From NCBI GenBank assembly GCA_965217865.1, contig CBDCJO010000002.1:5664001-5728000 (forward strand): DNA of 64,000 nt. Direction: 5' to 3'. Below, piece after piece: positions 48,171 through 58,834 of the stretch. Both the position numbers and the translations under genes were made by a program. Below the pieces are notes generated by a model, which was given only the letters and a program-made list of their open reading frames with translations, was not told the DNA's origin and did not search any database. Position 1 is the stretch's first letter. Every line of letters starts with the position of its first letter. This DNA comes from Candidatus Latescibacterota bacterium. GTDB lineage: Bacteria > Latescibacterota > UBA2968 > SICM01.

Positions 48171-49698
48171 GCAGCCCGTTGAAGAACTACCTTTCAACGC
48201 ACATAAACGGAAAAGACGCCTGGAGTGCGGGTCAGATAAATCAAGGTAAGGAGATTGAGCAGGAGACGCTGATAAGAGGTTAAAAAGGTGACCGAGGGCA
48301 GCAAACGTGATTGTAGGACGAGCAGTAGACGCTGCAAGGCCTTGGCCAGGTCCTGGAGGGCCTTCGGAGTACCTACGCCCATCACTTTGCGCATGAGCAG
48401 AGCCAGGTTGCAGCCCCCGATGTGGATCAGCAAACGCTTGAGGATATTGCCGCGGTCTCTCAAGTGCAACCTGCGCATGCCACCGGTATCATATGTGTGA
48501 GCGATGGTTCTTTCCACCCGTTCTGCACGACTTCGGCGCAAGGCCTTGCCGCGATCTCCCTTGATCCGGCGTCGATTCGCATATACCGCGGCCTGCTCAT
48601 CTCGTCGGCCGTTCCACTTGCGGCGTCCCCGATCCGGTTCTGAAATGTAACTCCGGATGCCGCCTTGCTTCAGACTGGTCAATACATCGTTGCTATGATA
48701 TCCTTTGTCCGCAACCACCTCCCGTATACGCTGTCTGTGCAAACGTTTGGCAGCTTTTTCGTCCTTCGCGACCTGCTTGAGATTGAGCGGCGCCTCGAGC
48801 AGCGTCCAGGGCAACGACTCGGTATCTCCTTCATCTGCTCCCGACAACGCCACTGCCACAATGGCATTGGTGTCCAGATCCACCGCGTGCTCCACCTTGT
48901 GCGCCATGTGCGTGCGACCGTCCTTCATCTTAGCGATCTTGGCATCCGGGTCGTGCGGGTGCTCCCAGTCCTGGTTCGATCCCTTCTTCGGTCGCTTCTT
49001 ATCGATCTTGGACAAGTCCTCGCGGGTAGGCGTTTCAATGCCCGAGGCCTTGGCCAGATTCTCAAGGAATGCCTGGTAGCCTTCACCCGTGTCACGGCGT
49101 ACAATGCTGCGCATCGCGGCGTTGGCCTCCAGTGTCGTAGCATCCACGCCCAACGTCTTCCCCTTCACCAGACCCGCTTTGCACAAGACCCTCAGGATCC
49201 ACTTGAAAACCGCTTCGTGAACTTCCAAGGGAAGCCGATGCCGGATGCGAGACAGGCTGGAATGATCCGGGGTCTGTTCGTCAAGGGCATACCCCAAAAA
49301 CCGGCGCAACGTCAGCGAGTCAGATACACGCCATTCGATCCCACGTTCCGAATCAAGTCCCTCGAAATACCCAATCAAAAGCATCCGAAAATAAACCCCG
49401 GGCGGAATGCCCTTGCGACCCATATGAGGAGCGTAATACCGCTGGCAAAGCCCCTCGACGAACTCGTCGAAGCCGTTCGCCCCCAATACCTGATTCAGCT
49501 TCTCGTAGAACGGATGACCCGGAGATTTCACCAAAGTGTTCGATGCGATGAACAGGTTTTCCTGTCTCTGTCGTCCTCGTTTTCCCATTGCCATTTGCTC
49601 GTCCTCCCTTCTCAGTTTGAACCTGATATATCATAGGACCAAACCACAAGGAAAGACAACAGTCATCTTGGCATAAACGCACTTTTTCAACAGGCTGC
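48171..49698 (-). mobile_element. IS1182-like insertion sequence (transposase 48194-49594)
   Basis: TIRs GCAGCCCGTTGAAGAA / TTTTTCAACAGGCTGC, TA on both flanks; PDHSSLSRIR, VDATTLEANAA, ADKGYH, VER..AH. Confidence 0.9.
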
Positions 49699-49741
49699 TA
49701 GACTACCCTTCTTTCCCTTCTCGCGGTAATTCGACACGTCC

Positions 49742-50455
49742 ATGGAAATCCATAGAGTTGACATCTATTGGAGTAATTTCTTCGGTCTAAATTATGAGGA
49801 ATTTCTTACACCGGGTATTTATGTAGTTCCTCATGCACGGCTGGGAAATTTTCAAGGGGCTTGGGTTTATCGCCATAAACAAACAATTGTTCTCTCCGTG
49901 CCCCCGGTTTGGGTCGATCCTTTGCTAAAGAAGATTACAAAGATATGTATTGATAGAATTCACTCACTTCAAACAACAGAATATCTATTTGGAGATGGTA
50001 TTGAGCGGACCGTTGGACCTGCATATCAAGGGTATGCTGAATTGAAAGATTTCCAACCCCAACCTTCATCCTTGGTGCGTCTGTTGTCTGATGAAGATAA
50101 TTCTGGTCTGGAAGAATTGGCTGATTCCGGGGATCCTTCGGGTTGGGTTGATGGCGGGTTTGACAGTAAAAAAGATTATTGTTTTGGTTATTATTTAGAC
50201 GAGAAGATAGTTGCTGTCTCCGGATACGTTAAGTTTCCTGATGAGGCAGCGTTTCCTGGTATTTTCGTCCATCCATCTTACCGTGGTAAAGGATATGCCA
50301 AAGCAGTTTTGAGCGCGGCTTTTCAGCATGCATTTGATCAAGGGTTTTTCATCGCTTATCAGACTCTGCTTTCCCATATTAGTGCGGTAAGGGTAGCTGA
50401 AGCCTTTGGTTGTAGAGAATACGCACAAAATATTGTTGTTCGACTAAAAGAGTAA
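49742..50455 (+). CDS. GNAT acetyltransferase
   Basis: VHPSYRGKGYAK acetyl-CoA motif; AT-rich coding sequence. Confidence 0.85.
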   Translation: MEIHRVDIYWSNFFGLNYEEFLTPGIYVVPHARLGNFQGAWVYRHKQTIVLSVPPVWVDPLLKKITKICIDRIHSLQTTEYLFGDGIERTVGPAYQGYAELKDFQPQPSSLVRLLSDEDNSGLEELADSGDPSGWVDGGFDSKKDYCFGYYLDEKIVAVSGYVKFPDEAAFPGIFVHPSYRGKGYAKAVLSAAFQHAFDQGFFIAYQTLLSHISAVRVAEAFGCREYAQNIVVRLKE

Positions 50456-50539
50456 AAGCATTTTAGATCCAAGGACTGATGCCAGCAACAAAGCTACTTT
50501 TTACGGATCATTTTGAAGTGAAATCACGGAGGCAATAAA

Positions 50540-50947
50540 GTGGAGGATCAACTGAGTATGGTAAAACAGTTCCACCAAACGTTCAAATGTCATTTTGAAC
50601 AAAATCCCACTGGACAAATTCCGAAGGACGCGTCCGATGTTCGTTTGCAACTTCTGCAGGAAGAAATAGATGAATATCGGCTTGCCCTCGAGAAAAAGGA
50701 CATTGTTCTTGTTGCTGATGCACTTACCGATATGCTATATGTACTACTGGGCACATATTTTTCACACGGACTGCAAAATCTGGCTGTGGAATTGTTCAAT
50801 GAGGTCCATAGAAGCAATATGAGCAAATTAGATGAAAATGGTCGACCAGTATATAATGGGGTTGGAAAAGTTATCAAAGTTAATCAATTTTCGAAACCTG
50901 ATCTTAAGGCCATAATAGATAAATTCTCTGCCGACAAAAGGATTTGA
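50540..50947 (+). CDS. MazG-like/PRA-PH nucleoside triphosphate pyrophosphohydrolase
   Basis: LLQEEIDEY, VADALTDMLYV, EVHRSNMSK, GKVIK. Confidence 0.9.
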   Translation: MEDQLSMVKQFHQTFKCHFEQNPTGQIPKDASDVRLQLLQEEIDEYRLALEKKDIVLVADALTDMLYVLLGTYFSHGLQNLAVELFNEVHRSNMSKLDENGRPVYNGVGKVIKVNQFSKPDLKAIIDKFSADKRI

Positions 50948-50988
50948 CTCGCTGAGAATCGTTGACGTGATGGTGTAATAGCACTTCA

Positions 50989-52197
50989 TTGGTGACGGTC
51001 AAATCGTCCACAGATATTGTTGTGAGAGACAAAATGGAGATCGCAATAGACGGCGCACATTCCGTATTCAGCTTTATCGAGCGAACGGCTGAAAATGTGT
51101 CCAATGGATTCAGATGGAAGACCATCGATTACCATAACGAACCTCAGTATGACTACAACGTTTTCAACGGTTCGGGCGGAATCAGTTTCTTTCTGGCCGA
51201 GTACTATAGATTGACGAATTCAACGGCAGCTCTTGATCTTGCGATAGGTGCCAATCAGTGGTGTTCATCGGACGAACGCAAAGGATTCTCTCGTGGACTT
51301 CTCACCGGAAAAACCGGGGTCGCCATGGCCTGTTTGCATCTGTCGCAGATAGCTCAGGAGCCCGAATATCGAACCTATTGCGCTAAGAACGCTGAGATTC
51401 TGCTCAGAGAAGATCCAGGTCCAATGACCGACCTGATGGGAGGAGCCGCAGGGAATGGACTTTTTCTGTTACGACTATGGCAGGCCACCGAAGATGAGCG
51501 GTACCTCAGTGGCGCCTGTCACTGCGGAGAATGGTTAGAGAAGCAGATGGTACGTGATGAGAAAGGATGCTACTGCCTTACAAGCACGGACGGTAAGTGG
51601 GGTGACATCCCTACCAGCGGCGTCGCTCACGGGGTCTCCGGAGTGACTCACTTTCTTCTCCATCTACACGATGCGACGAAGGACAAAAGATGGGCATCAC
51701 TTGCCAGGGAAATACTGGACACACTGGTACGACACGCCATTCCTGACAAAGGTGGGCTTAACTGGGGCATGAAACTCGACGGGCCCATCACCCGATGCGC
51801 TTGGAGTCACGGCTCTCCAGGCATTGGTCTGGTGTTCTTGAAGGCGAATGAAGTACTGGAGGACCGATCGTATTATGAGATTGCGTTGAAGTGCGGAGAA
51901 ACCACGTATGCCTATGGAGATTTGAGGCGTAACGTAACTCAATGCATTGGCCTTTCTGGTTCTGGCGAGCTTTTCATTGAGCTATACCGCGCTGGCAATG
52001 AAGAGCTCTGGTTGAACCGTGCCCATGAGTTTGCCAAAATGGCCTATGGTTACAAAGAGGAACTTCCTGAGGGAGATGCGTGGCCAACAGACGAACCGGG
52101 TTTATACTCAGCGGATTTCATGTATGGTGCTGCCGGAGTTGGCCACTATTTTTTAAGATTGTGGAAGCCCCGAGAAATCCAGATGCCGCTCATGTGA
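50989..52197 (+). CDS. stand-alone LanC-like protein with altered Zn ligands (start uncertain)
   Basis: Repeated G..G loops (NGSGGI, GGAAG), GVAHGVSG, WSHGSPG, QCIGLSG, FMYGAAGV. Confidence 0.85.
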   Translation: MVTVKSSTDIVVRDKMEIAIDGAHSVFSFIERTAENVSNGFRWKTIDYHNEPQYDYNVFNGSGGISFFLAEYYRLTNSTAALDLAIGANQWCSSDERKGFSRGLLTGKTGVAMACLHLSQIAQEPEYRTYCAKNAEILLREDPGPMTDLMGGAAGNGLFLLRLWQATEDERYLSGACHCGEWLEKQMVRDEKGCYCLTSTDGKWGDIPTSGVAHGVSGVTHFLLHLHDATKDKRWASLAREILDTLVRHAIPDKGGLNWGMKLDGPITRCAWSHGSPGIGLVFLKANEVLEDRSYYEIALKCGETTYAYGDLRRNVTQCIGLSGSGELFIELYRAGNEELWLNRAHEFAKMAYGYKEELPEGDAWPTDEPGLYSADFMYGAAGVGHYFLRLWKPREIQMPLM

Positions 52198-52206
52198 AGC
52201 TTTTAC

Positions 52207-53019
52207 ATGGGGTGGCACAAAAGCGGTGCCCACCCTTGGCGCCCTTTTAATCTTTATACAATGTTAGATTCGGATCTTGTAGAAATTGAGATAAAGAAAA
52301 GGCCATACGTTCCTGTAATAATTAACGGGTCAGGCCCCTTCTCGTTCCTATTGGATACAGGATCCCTCGGTTCATATGTTTCACACGATCTCGCTGGACC
52401 ATTGGGACTTCAACCCGATGAACGGGATGTCATTAAGCTGGATATTTTTTGCATCGGATCAGCTGTCTTCAAGGATTTGGTGCTTGTTCTGAGAGACAAC
52501 ACCAAGGTTTCCGAGATTACTGGTACTCGTGTCGATGGGTTCATCGGGACCCGATTTCTTTCCGATCTGGTTTTATTCATCGACTACCCTGACAAAACCG
52601 TTCGGTTAACTGATGGTACTATAACCGACGAAAATGTAGAGACAATAAATATCCGGATGAGCCAAGACTATCCTCTGGTGCCAGTTATGGTCCACAATTC
52701 CGGCCCATATTGGTTTCTGTTGGATACAGGTGCCCATAAGTCTATTATCTCAAATGGTTTGGCTGACAAACTGAAGCTCCCGCGAGGAGAAAAGGGCCTC
52801 GCTCGGGGGGCAGTGGACTCGAAGGAAGTTCATCATTCAACGGTGAAATCAATCTCCATTGGCTCAGCTATCTGTGTGGACCTCCCTGTCGATTTGATGG
52901 ACTGCTCCCAGGTATCCGGATATGCTGGTACTGAAGTTCAGGGGTTAATAGGCCACAATTTTCTGAAAGAATTCTCTCTCACGATGAACTTCCAGAAAAA
53001 GATTTTGTCAATTTCTTGA
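52207..53019 (+). CDS. two-domain retropepsin-like aspartyl protease
   Basis: FLLDTGS...GFIG..FL and FLLDTGA...GLIG.NFL. Confidence 0.85.
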   Translation: MGWHKSGAHPWRPFNLYTMLDSDLVEIEIKKRPYVPVIINGSGPFSFLLDTGSLGSYVSHDLAGPLGLQPDERDVIKLDIFCIGSAVFKDLVLVLRDNTKVSEITGTRVDGFIGTRFLSDLVLFIDYPDKTVRLTDGTITDENVETINIRMSQDYPLVPVMVHNSGPYWFLLDTGAHKSIISNGLADKLKLPRGEKGLARGAVDSKEVHHSTVKSISIGSAICVDLPVDLMDCSQVSGYAGTEVQGLIGHNFLKEFSLTMNFQKKILSIS

Positions 53020-53054
53020 GTAACCCCACCCCGAATTGCGTGGAAGAGGAACCA

Positions 53055-53799
53055 ATGAAAAAGAATACCCAGCCGATTACAGGTTGCGGCGAAGGTGATA
53101 TCTTCGTCGTGGAGTCAAACTCGGGAAGTCTGTAGAGTTCGGGAATACCTGATCGTGACAGGAGAAAAGGAAGGCGTTGCCCTTACTGCTGCGTCCACAG
53201 GAATCGGGGGGCCGTCAACGGCCATTCTCCTGGAGGAATTAGCCAAGTTGGGAGCCCGCGTGTTTATCCGTGTGGGCAATAGCGGTGCTTTGGCTGACTC
53301 TGTATCGGTCGGGGAGTATGTCATCACAACAGGAACTGTGAGGGACGATGGAACTTCAAAGAGCTATGTCATACCGGAGTATCCCGCCGTTTCACATTTT
53401 GAGGTGGTCAACGCATTAATCCGATCAGCTCAAGAGGCTGAGGTTAAGTTTCACGTAGGCATTACCTGGTCTATCGATGCATTTTATGCCCGGAATAAGG
53501 TTCTTACACCCGAGGGCGAGATTAGTTCAATGTCTTATTCCGGCTATACACAACAATCGATGAATCCACTACTCGAAGATCTCAAACAGGCTGGCGTAAA
53601 AAACTGCGACATGGAGGCGAGCACCATACTCACCCTATCGAGTTTATTTGGGTTGAAAGCAGGGTGTATTTGTACAGTATCGGACCGTACCCCCTGGCCC
53701 GGTCCTTCTTCTGAATCTTTGGATTTAGATCGAAATATGGCAGGATGTATTGACATCGCAGTAAAGGCCATGTTAGAAGTGGCAAAAGCCGAACAATAA
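53055..53799 (+). pseudogene. uridine/nucleoside phosphorylase with N-terminal deletion and frameshift
   Basis: RBS + MKKNTQPITGCGEGDI, then a frame change; GDP.R motif missing; REY, STGIGGPS, RVG, CDME present. Confidence 0.8.
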
Positions 53800-53839
53800 A
53801 TTTGACACCTGATGCCCCTCCAAACTTCCCAACCTTCCC

Positions 53840-54253
53840 ATGGAGATAATCCCGAAAGCTGGGGCTTTACCCTACCGAAGGCTAGACTCAGGTGAGATTG
53901 GATTCTTAGTAATCTCACGACATGATTCAGATCACTGGATCTTGCCGATGGGTAAAATTGATCCTGGTGAGACTCCTGAAGAAACAGCTAAGCGGGAAGC
54001 CCAGGAGGAAGCAGGTGTTGAAGTTCAACCTAAAGATTCTATCGGGGTTCTTTCTTTTATCGACAAATCAGGATTAAAGCAGGACGTTGCCTTCTATATG
54101 GCGGAGTATATTGGAGATGCGGAGTGGCCTGAACAGCATCTGCGTCGTAGGCGCTGGATAGCATTAAACCAGGCTGAGAAGGTAATCGCCCCAGATTTCA
54201 TTACATTTGTCAGGACAGCTCGGAACCTGATTGAGCCAATGGCCAAAGAATAG
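53840..54253 (+). CDS. NUDIX hydrolase
   Basis: W.LP.GKIDPGETPEETAKREAQEEAG. Confidence 0.9.
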   Translation: MEIIPKAGALPYRRLDSGEIGFLVISRHDSDHWILPMGKIDPGETPEETAKREAQEEAGVEVQPKDSIGVLSFIDKSGLKQDVAFYMAEYIGDAEWPEQHLRRRRWIALNQAEKVIAPDFITFVRTARNLIEPMAKE

Positions 54254-54320
54254 CAATAGAAAACATCTCACTCTAACCCGGTTCGCGCACGCCTTACATT
54301 TTCTAACGGATACTACAACA

Positions 54321-55070
54321 TTGGATTACGACCGCACTGAGATACCCGCAACCTACGCAAGGGCAAGGAAGCTCCCCGAAGCCACACTAAGGGTTTGGTT
54401 GGACGCAATTTCGGAACGAATCGTTGGATCAATCAACTGCATCTTAGACGTTGGATGCGGGACAGGACGGTTTTCTGAGCCCCTTGCCAGAAATTTCGGG
54501 GCAAAGCTTATTGGGATAGACCCATCTTTCAGGATGCTGGACCGAGCTCCAGTTGCCGGGAACAGGGGAATTGCGAAATTTGTCAACGGAGATGCTCATT
54601 CTCTCCCGATCAAGGATGGATCATTTGACTTGATATTTCTGTCAATGGTGTACCACCACCTGGATAAACCTGCCAGAGCAATTCAGGAGTTTCAACGGGT
54701 GGTCCGGCCGGGTGGTAGCCTGGGTATTCGAAATTCAACCCTGGATCTCCTGGATACGGTGCCATATCTCAAGTATTTTCCGTCCGCACGTCAAGTCTGT
54801 GATAAAATGCTTCCCGGAACATCAGAGCTCATTGCAGAAATTGAAAGGACCGGATTCCTTCTGGTTGACCACACAGTAATTAATCAAGCATTCGCCGGAT
54901 CATTCAAGGAATACCGTGAAAGAATCGCTCAACGGGCTCAATCGGATTTGGCGAGTATACCGGATTCAGAGTTTAAGCAGGGGTTAGAAGAGATGGAAAG
55001 AGACGAGGACTCGCGGGTGCCCGGGCCAATCATTGAACCGGTAGACCTGTTCGTATTCAGCCGATCCTGA
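54321..55070 (+). CDS. class I SAM-dependent methyltransferase
   Basis: LDVGCGTGRF, GIDPS, GDA.SLP, VRPGG; TTG start inferred. Confidence 0.88.
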   Translation: MDYDRTEIPATYARARKLPEATLRVWLDAISERIVGSINCILDVGCGTGRFSEPLARNFGAKLIGIDPSFRMLDRAPVAGNRGIAKFVNGDAHSLPIKDGSFDLIFLSMVYHHLDKPARAIQEFQRVVRPGGSLGIRNSTLDLLDTVPYLKYFPSARQVCDKMLPGTSELIAEIERTGFLLVDHTVINQAFAGSFKEYRERIAQRAQSDLASIPDSEFKQGLEEMERDEDSRVPGPIIEPVDLFVFSRS

Positions 55071-55120
55071 CAGAAATCAGCACATCTGGTACCACCTCCA
55101 GGCATCCGAGACAACACGCC

Positions 55121-55577
55121 ATGAACGAACGGAATGCTGTAAGAGCTATAATTCTTACCTCGAATGGCCGGATTTTGCTCATGAAGATCCAAGAACCCAT
55201 CACCGGAAATCAGTTTTGGATCACCCCTGGAGGGGCCCCAGAGAAACACGAAACTGCTGAGGAAGGGTTGCGGCGTGAGCTCGTGGAGGAGACGGGACTT
55301 GAAGAGTTCCAGATCGGTCCACTTCTGTGGACTCGAGAACATCACTTCACTTGGAATGGCAAGGAATACTTCCAAAAGACAAACAGACCATTTTGAACCT
55401 CGGATGGACGAGCTGGCAGCTCCCGGAGAATGGTCTGCTTTCCGTGGCTTTCGGTGGTGGAACCTTGACGAAATAGAGATGTCAGATGAGACTTTCGCCC
55501 CCCGTCGTATCCACACGCTCCTTGGACAGCTTATAGAAAATGGACCACCGGAACATGCATCAGATGCTGGAATTTGA
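55121..55577 (+). pseudogene. NUDIX hydrolase, frameshifted near 55380
   Basis: WITPGG..E....LRRELVEETG in one frame; FEPRMD..RWW..E..FAP in another. Confidence 0.8.
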
Positions 55578-55697
55578 CAAACTCGTTCCGCGAGTTCGTG
55601 GGTGCCATGACTTATGTACGCAATATTGGTCAACATCGGTTGGGAGCAGATTGGCCCTGGTGGGCTTCCTCACAGATTTGAATAGGTAACCAAGGAA

Positions 55698-56855
55698 ATG
55701 GAAATCAATGAACAATATCTCCTTGAAACTCTAAGGAGGATGATCGGTATTGATTCTGTGGTACCGAACGAAGAGTGTCTCTCACAGTTCATTACTGATG
55801 AGCTTGAAAGGATGGGAGTCGAAGTAGAATGGGACGAGATTGCTCCCGGTAGACCTAATGTCTATGCCACTGCAGATCTGGGCCCATCTGAGAGATATCT
55901 TGTTTTCTCAGGTCACTCGGACACGGTCGGGGTGGCCTCCGGCTGGGAGACGGACCCCTTCACAATGACGGAGAAGGGCGACCGTCTTTACGGTTTAGGC
56001 ATCTATAACATGAAGGGAGGACTGGCCTGTTCCCTTGCGGCCTTTAAAGCATTGATCGAAGCCGAGGAGTGGCGCGGAAAGCTCGGTCGTCTGGGATTTG
56101 CCGCGACGGTGGACCAGGAGGGACACAGCATTGGAGCCAGGGCCCTATTGAAAACCCAGCACGGCAGATGTGACGCAATGCTGCACGCCGAGCATTTCTA
56201 CGGCGATTCCCAAGAGGACTACCTGCCTATCGCAGCAACAGGAAAGGTCCTATACAGACTGGTGGTGAAAGGCCGAGCGGCTCACGCCTTCAGACCCCAT
56301 CTCGGTGGGATAAATGCAGTAGAGGATGCTTCTCGAATCGTGTCTGCATTAAACGGGCTCCGACTTCGAGACCATCCGCTGTTCGGGAAGGGAACTGTTT
56401 GCGTGCTGAAAATCGAGGGAGGATACAAGGAATATTCCATTGTCGTTCCCGAGGAATGTGAGGTTGTAATCACCCGCTTAACCGTACCAGGAGAAACGAG
56501 AGAGGTTGCCGTAGAAGATATGCGAGAGCTCATTAGTTCTCTGCACCTTGACTCTGAAGTAGACATCGAGACTCCACCACCCAGCTACGATCCTTACTTT
56601 CTCGAAGAGGATGCAGGGATCTTAAAGCCATTCAGGAAGGCCTACCGGATGGAGGTTGGTAAGGAGCCTTACTTTGCCGGTCATCGAGGCATCGTAGATG
56701 CCAACGTTTTTGTCAGCGAAGGGAATATTCCCACTGTCGTGTTTGGGCCCAAGGGTGGAAATCATCACTGTCCCGGCGAATATGTGGAGAAATCGACCCT
56801 GGTTCCAGTTGCGAGGGTGTTCGCTAAAACTGCTTGTGAATTTCTCTGTCAGTAG
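55698..56855 (+). CDS. M20-family metallopeptidase/deacylase (ArgE/DapE-like)
   Basis: SGHSDTV, W.TDPF, LYGLG..NMKGG, VDQEG, GRAAHA, FGP.G..HH...EYV. Confidence 0.9.
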   Translation: MEINEQYLLETLRRMIGIDSVVPNEECLSQFITDELERMGVEVEWDEIAPGRPNVYATADLGPSERYLVFSGHSDTVGVASGWETDPFTMTEKGDRLYGLGIYNMKGGLACSLAAFKALIEAEEWRGKLGRLGFAATVDQEGHSIGARALLKTQHGRCDAMLHAEHFYGDSQEDYLPIAATGKVLYRLVVKGRAAHAFRPHLGGINAVEDASRIVSALNGLRLRDHPLFGKGTVCVLKIEGGYKEYSIVVPEECEVVITRLTVPGETREVAVEDMRELISSLHLDSEVDIETPPPSYDPYFLEEDAGILKPFRKAYRMEVGKEPYFAGHRGIVDANVFVSEGNIPTVVFGPKGGNHHCPGEYVEKSTLVPVARVFAKTACEFLCQ

Positions 56856-56919
56856 ATCCGTTTCTAATTGTCACTTGTGAAAAACCGGCGAAAATCAGTG
56901 GATTGTTTCGAAAGCCACG

Positions 56920-57197
56920 TCCTGAGCCCTTCGACAAGCTCAGGATAAACTCCGTCTAAGGAGGCACTAAATTCTGTTTGACACCTAGTGCCCGGCTTAG
57001 GCGCGCCCAGTCTCCACGGCGTTTGAGCGTCCTTCGACTGCGTCCCCCAAACACCGGGGGACTCCGCTCAGGATGTAGTCAAAAAGAACACTCAAAATCA
57101 GAACTATGACGAATACCCGCGATCAAGATAACATCCTGAGCCCTTCGACAAACTCAGGATAAACTCCGCGGAGCGCCAGCGTCGCCTAGTCGAAGGG
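56920..57197. repeat. cluster of REP-like palindromic elements
   Basis: 35-bp TCCTGAGCCCTTCGACAA(G/A)CTCAGGATAAACTCCG at 56920 and 57134, with a related inverted unit at ~57029-57074. Confidence 0.8.
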
Positions 57198-57316
57198 TGA
57201 CTTGCGATTTCGGACATTCATCTCAGGCCAGCGGTATTGTTAAATGTAAGACTAATTTTCATATACTAGGAAAACTCAATGACACAGAACTATTGACCAC
57301 AAAAAGGAGCTACCAA

Positions 57317-58030
57317 GTGAGTCTCGCGGGCCTTCCTGTTGGAGAACCTGTGGATGAAGGCAGTATGCAGGATGTCCCTAGGAAAGGGGAATATGGGGGA
57401 CAGTTTGTTTCTCTGTCGCCAATAAATCCCGATTTTGATGTTCAGGAGCTTTACAACTGCTCGCACGGAACCGAGGAGAAAGAGTTGGTTTGGACCTATA
57501 TGGGATATGGGCCATTCAAAAACGAGAATTCAATGTGCGTGTGGCTTCAGGAAAATGCAGAATCTTCGGATCCCATCTTCTTCACAGTTCATCAGAAGCC
57601 TTCAGGTCGGCGAGTGGGGATGGTCAGCTTTCTCAACCTCGCACCGGACGTGCGGAGACTTGAGATAGGTCATATCTGGTATGGGCCGGAAGTTCAAAGA
57701 ACGAACGTGAATACGGAAGCCGTTTACCTGATGCTCAATGAGGCATTCGATCGACTCCGATATCGTCGAGTAGAGTGGAAATGTGATTCATTAAATGAAC
57801 GATCCCGCTCTGCCGCGAATCGACTAGGGTTCAAGTTCGAAGGAATTTTCAGATATCATCTTATTGTCAAAGGACGGAATAGAGATACGGCTTGGTATTC
57901 AATGTTGAACTCTGAATGGCCCCCAATCAAAAAGAATCTGGAGACCTGGCTATACAATAATAGTGATGACAAAAGCGTTTCACTGCGCAAGCTGACCGCC
58001 GAGGCAAATCAAAAGACACCTGACTCATGA
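57317..58030 (+). CDS. RimJ/RimL-type GNAT acetyltransferase
   Basis: AGGAG + GTG; WTYMGYGPF, LEIGHIW, YRRVEWKCDSLN.RS, GFKFEG.FR, KGRNRDTAW. Confidence 0.92.
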   Translation: MSLAGLPVGEPVDEGSMQDVPRKGEYGGQFVSLSPINPDFDVQELYNCSHGTEEKELVWTYMGYGPFKNENSMCVWLQENAESSDPIFFTVHQKPSGRRVGMVSFLNLAPDVRRLEIGHIWYGPEVQRTNVNTEAVYLMLNEAFDRLRYRRVEWKCDSLNERSRSAANRLGFKFEGIFRYHLIVKGRNRDTAWYSMLNSEWPPIKKNLETWLYNNSDDKSVSLRKLTAEANQKTPDS

Positions 58031-58184
58031 TATTGCTGCCTGCGATCAAGATTTGATTCTCTTGTGGGGATGTTTTCGATGTTAACTGCAGAGTGTGTTT
58101 TTTTATCACGGTACACAAGGCACAACACCGAGTTCCCGCCTCCGAACCCAGGAGACGGCGTGTCCTCTTCACTGCAGGGTGAAT

Positions 58185-58310
58185 GTGAATAGGCCCCCCA
58201 CACAGCGAATGCTTGAGTTCGGCCTCTACGTTGAGGATGTCGCGCGGGCGGCTGACTTCTACGCCCGTGTCCTGGGGTTTCGAACCCTGAGTTTGAACGA
58301 ACGGATTGGC
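58185..58310 (+). pseudogene. VOC/glyoxalase N-terminal fragment truncated by IS remnant
   Basis: LEFGLYVEDVARAADFYARVLGF. Confidence 0.7.
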
Positions 58311-58687
58311 GTGCGAAACGTGGTATAAATCCGCTGAGCCGTTTTCAGCGATACGGACAGGTAGTGCCTGGATCGGTAAGAGGGCACTCCCAATACAAAC
58401 AGATAAAGTAAATGGGCAAGCTCGTCAAATGAAATTCGAAGCCTTTCAAGATAAGTGCCCGTGAAATCTTTAAACCGATATCCACACCGTGAACACCTGA
58501 ACCGATCGTCTTTTAATAAGGGCAACCTGCGCTGATAATCGCAGCTTGGACATCGCCTTTTTCCACCCCAACGGGCTGCACGAAAATAGGCCCTACTTAT
58601 CTTGCAGTCATTTGCTAACTTAAGTGGATTAATTACCAGCATATTATTAATATACGCTGGTGCCAATATCTACTCAATCACCTTATC
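58311..58687 (-). mobile_element. IS1595-family remnant (N-terminal Zn ribbon and one end only)
   Basis: RW....CPSC..RFRCSRC.YRF.DFTGT, LFVLGVP; end-like GATAAGGTGATTGAGTAG; catalytic domain missing. Confidence 0.75.
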
Positions 58688-58834
58688 TTTTAGCAATGCA
58701 CGGCCACTTCTGCAACCCAAAACGTTATCTGCAACCTGAACCCGCTTTATTAGGAGGATTCTGGTCTGGGGCTGAACTTCGAAGAACCGACAGAGGACGT
58801 AATTGTAGCTCTAGAGCAATCGATTCCTCTTGTC

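Noticed and set aside
48665-49636. 323-aa plus-strand ORF
   Set aside because: Antisense to the IS transposase
14832-52197. Nif11 precursor and LanC-like gene as one lanthipeptide system
   Set aside because: They are 36 kb apart, the core has no Cys, and there is no dehydratase in the window
54269-55120. TAAC/CAAC motifs at ~54278 and ~55109 as attC sites
   Set aside because: No matching stem or GTT R' box could be found; at most decayed remnants
56920-57197. 35-bp direct repeats as a CRISPR array
   Set aside because: Only two copies about 180 bp apart, with inverted relatives and no cas genes; fits REP elements
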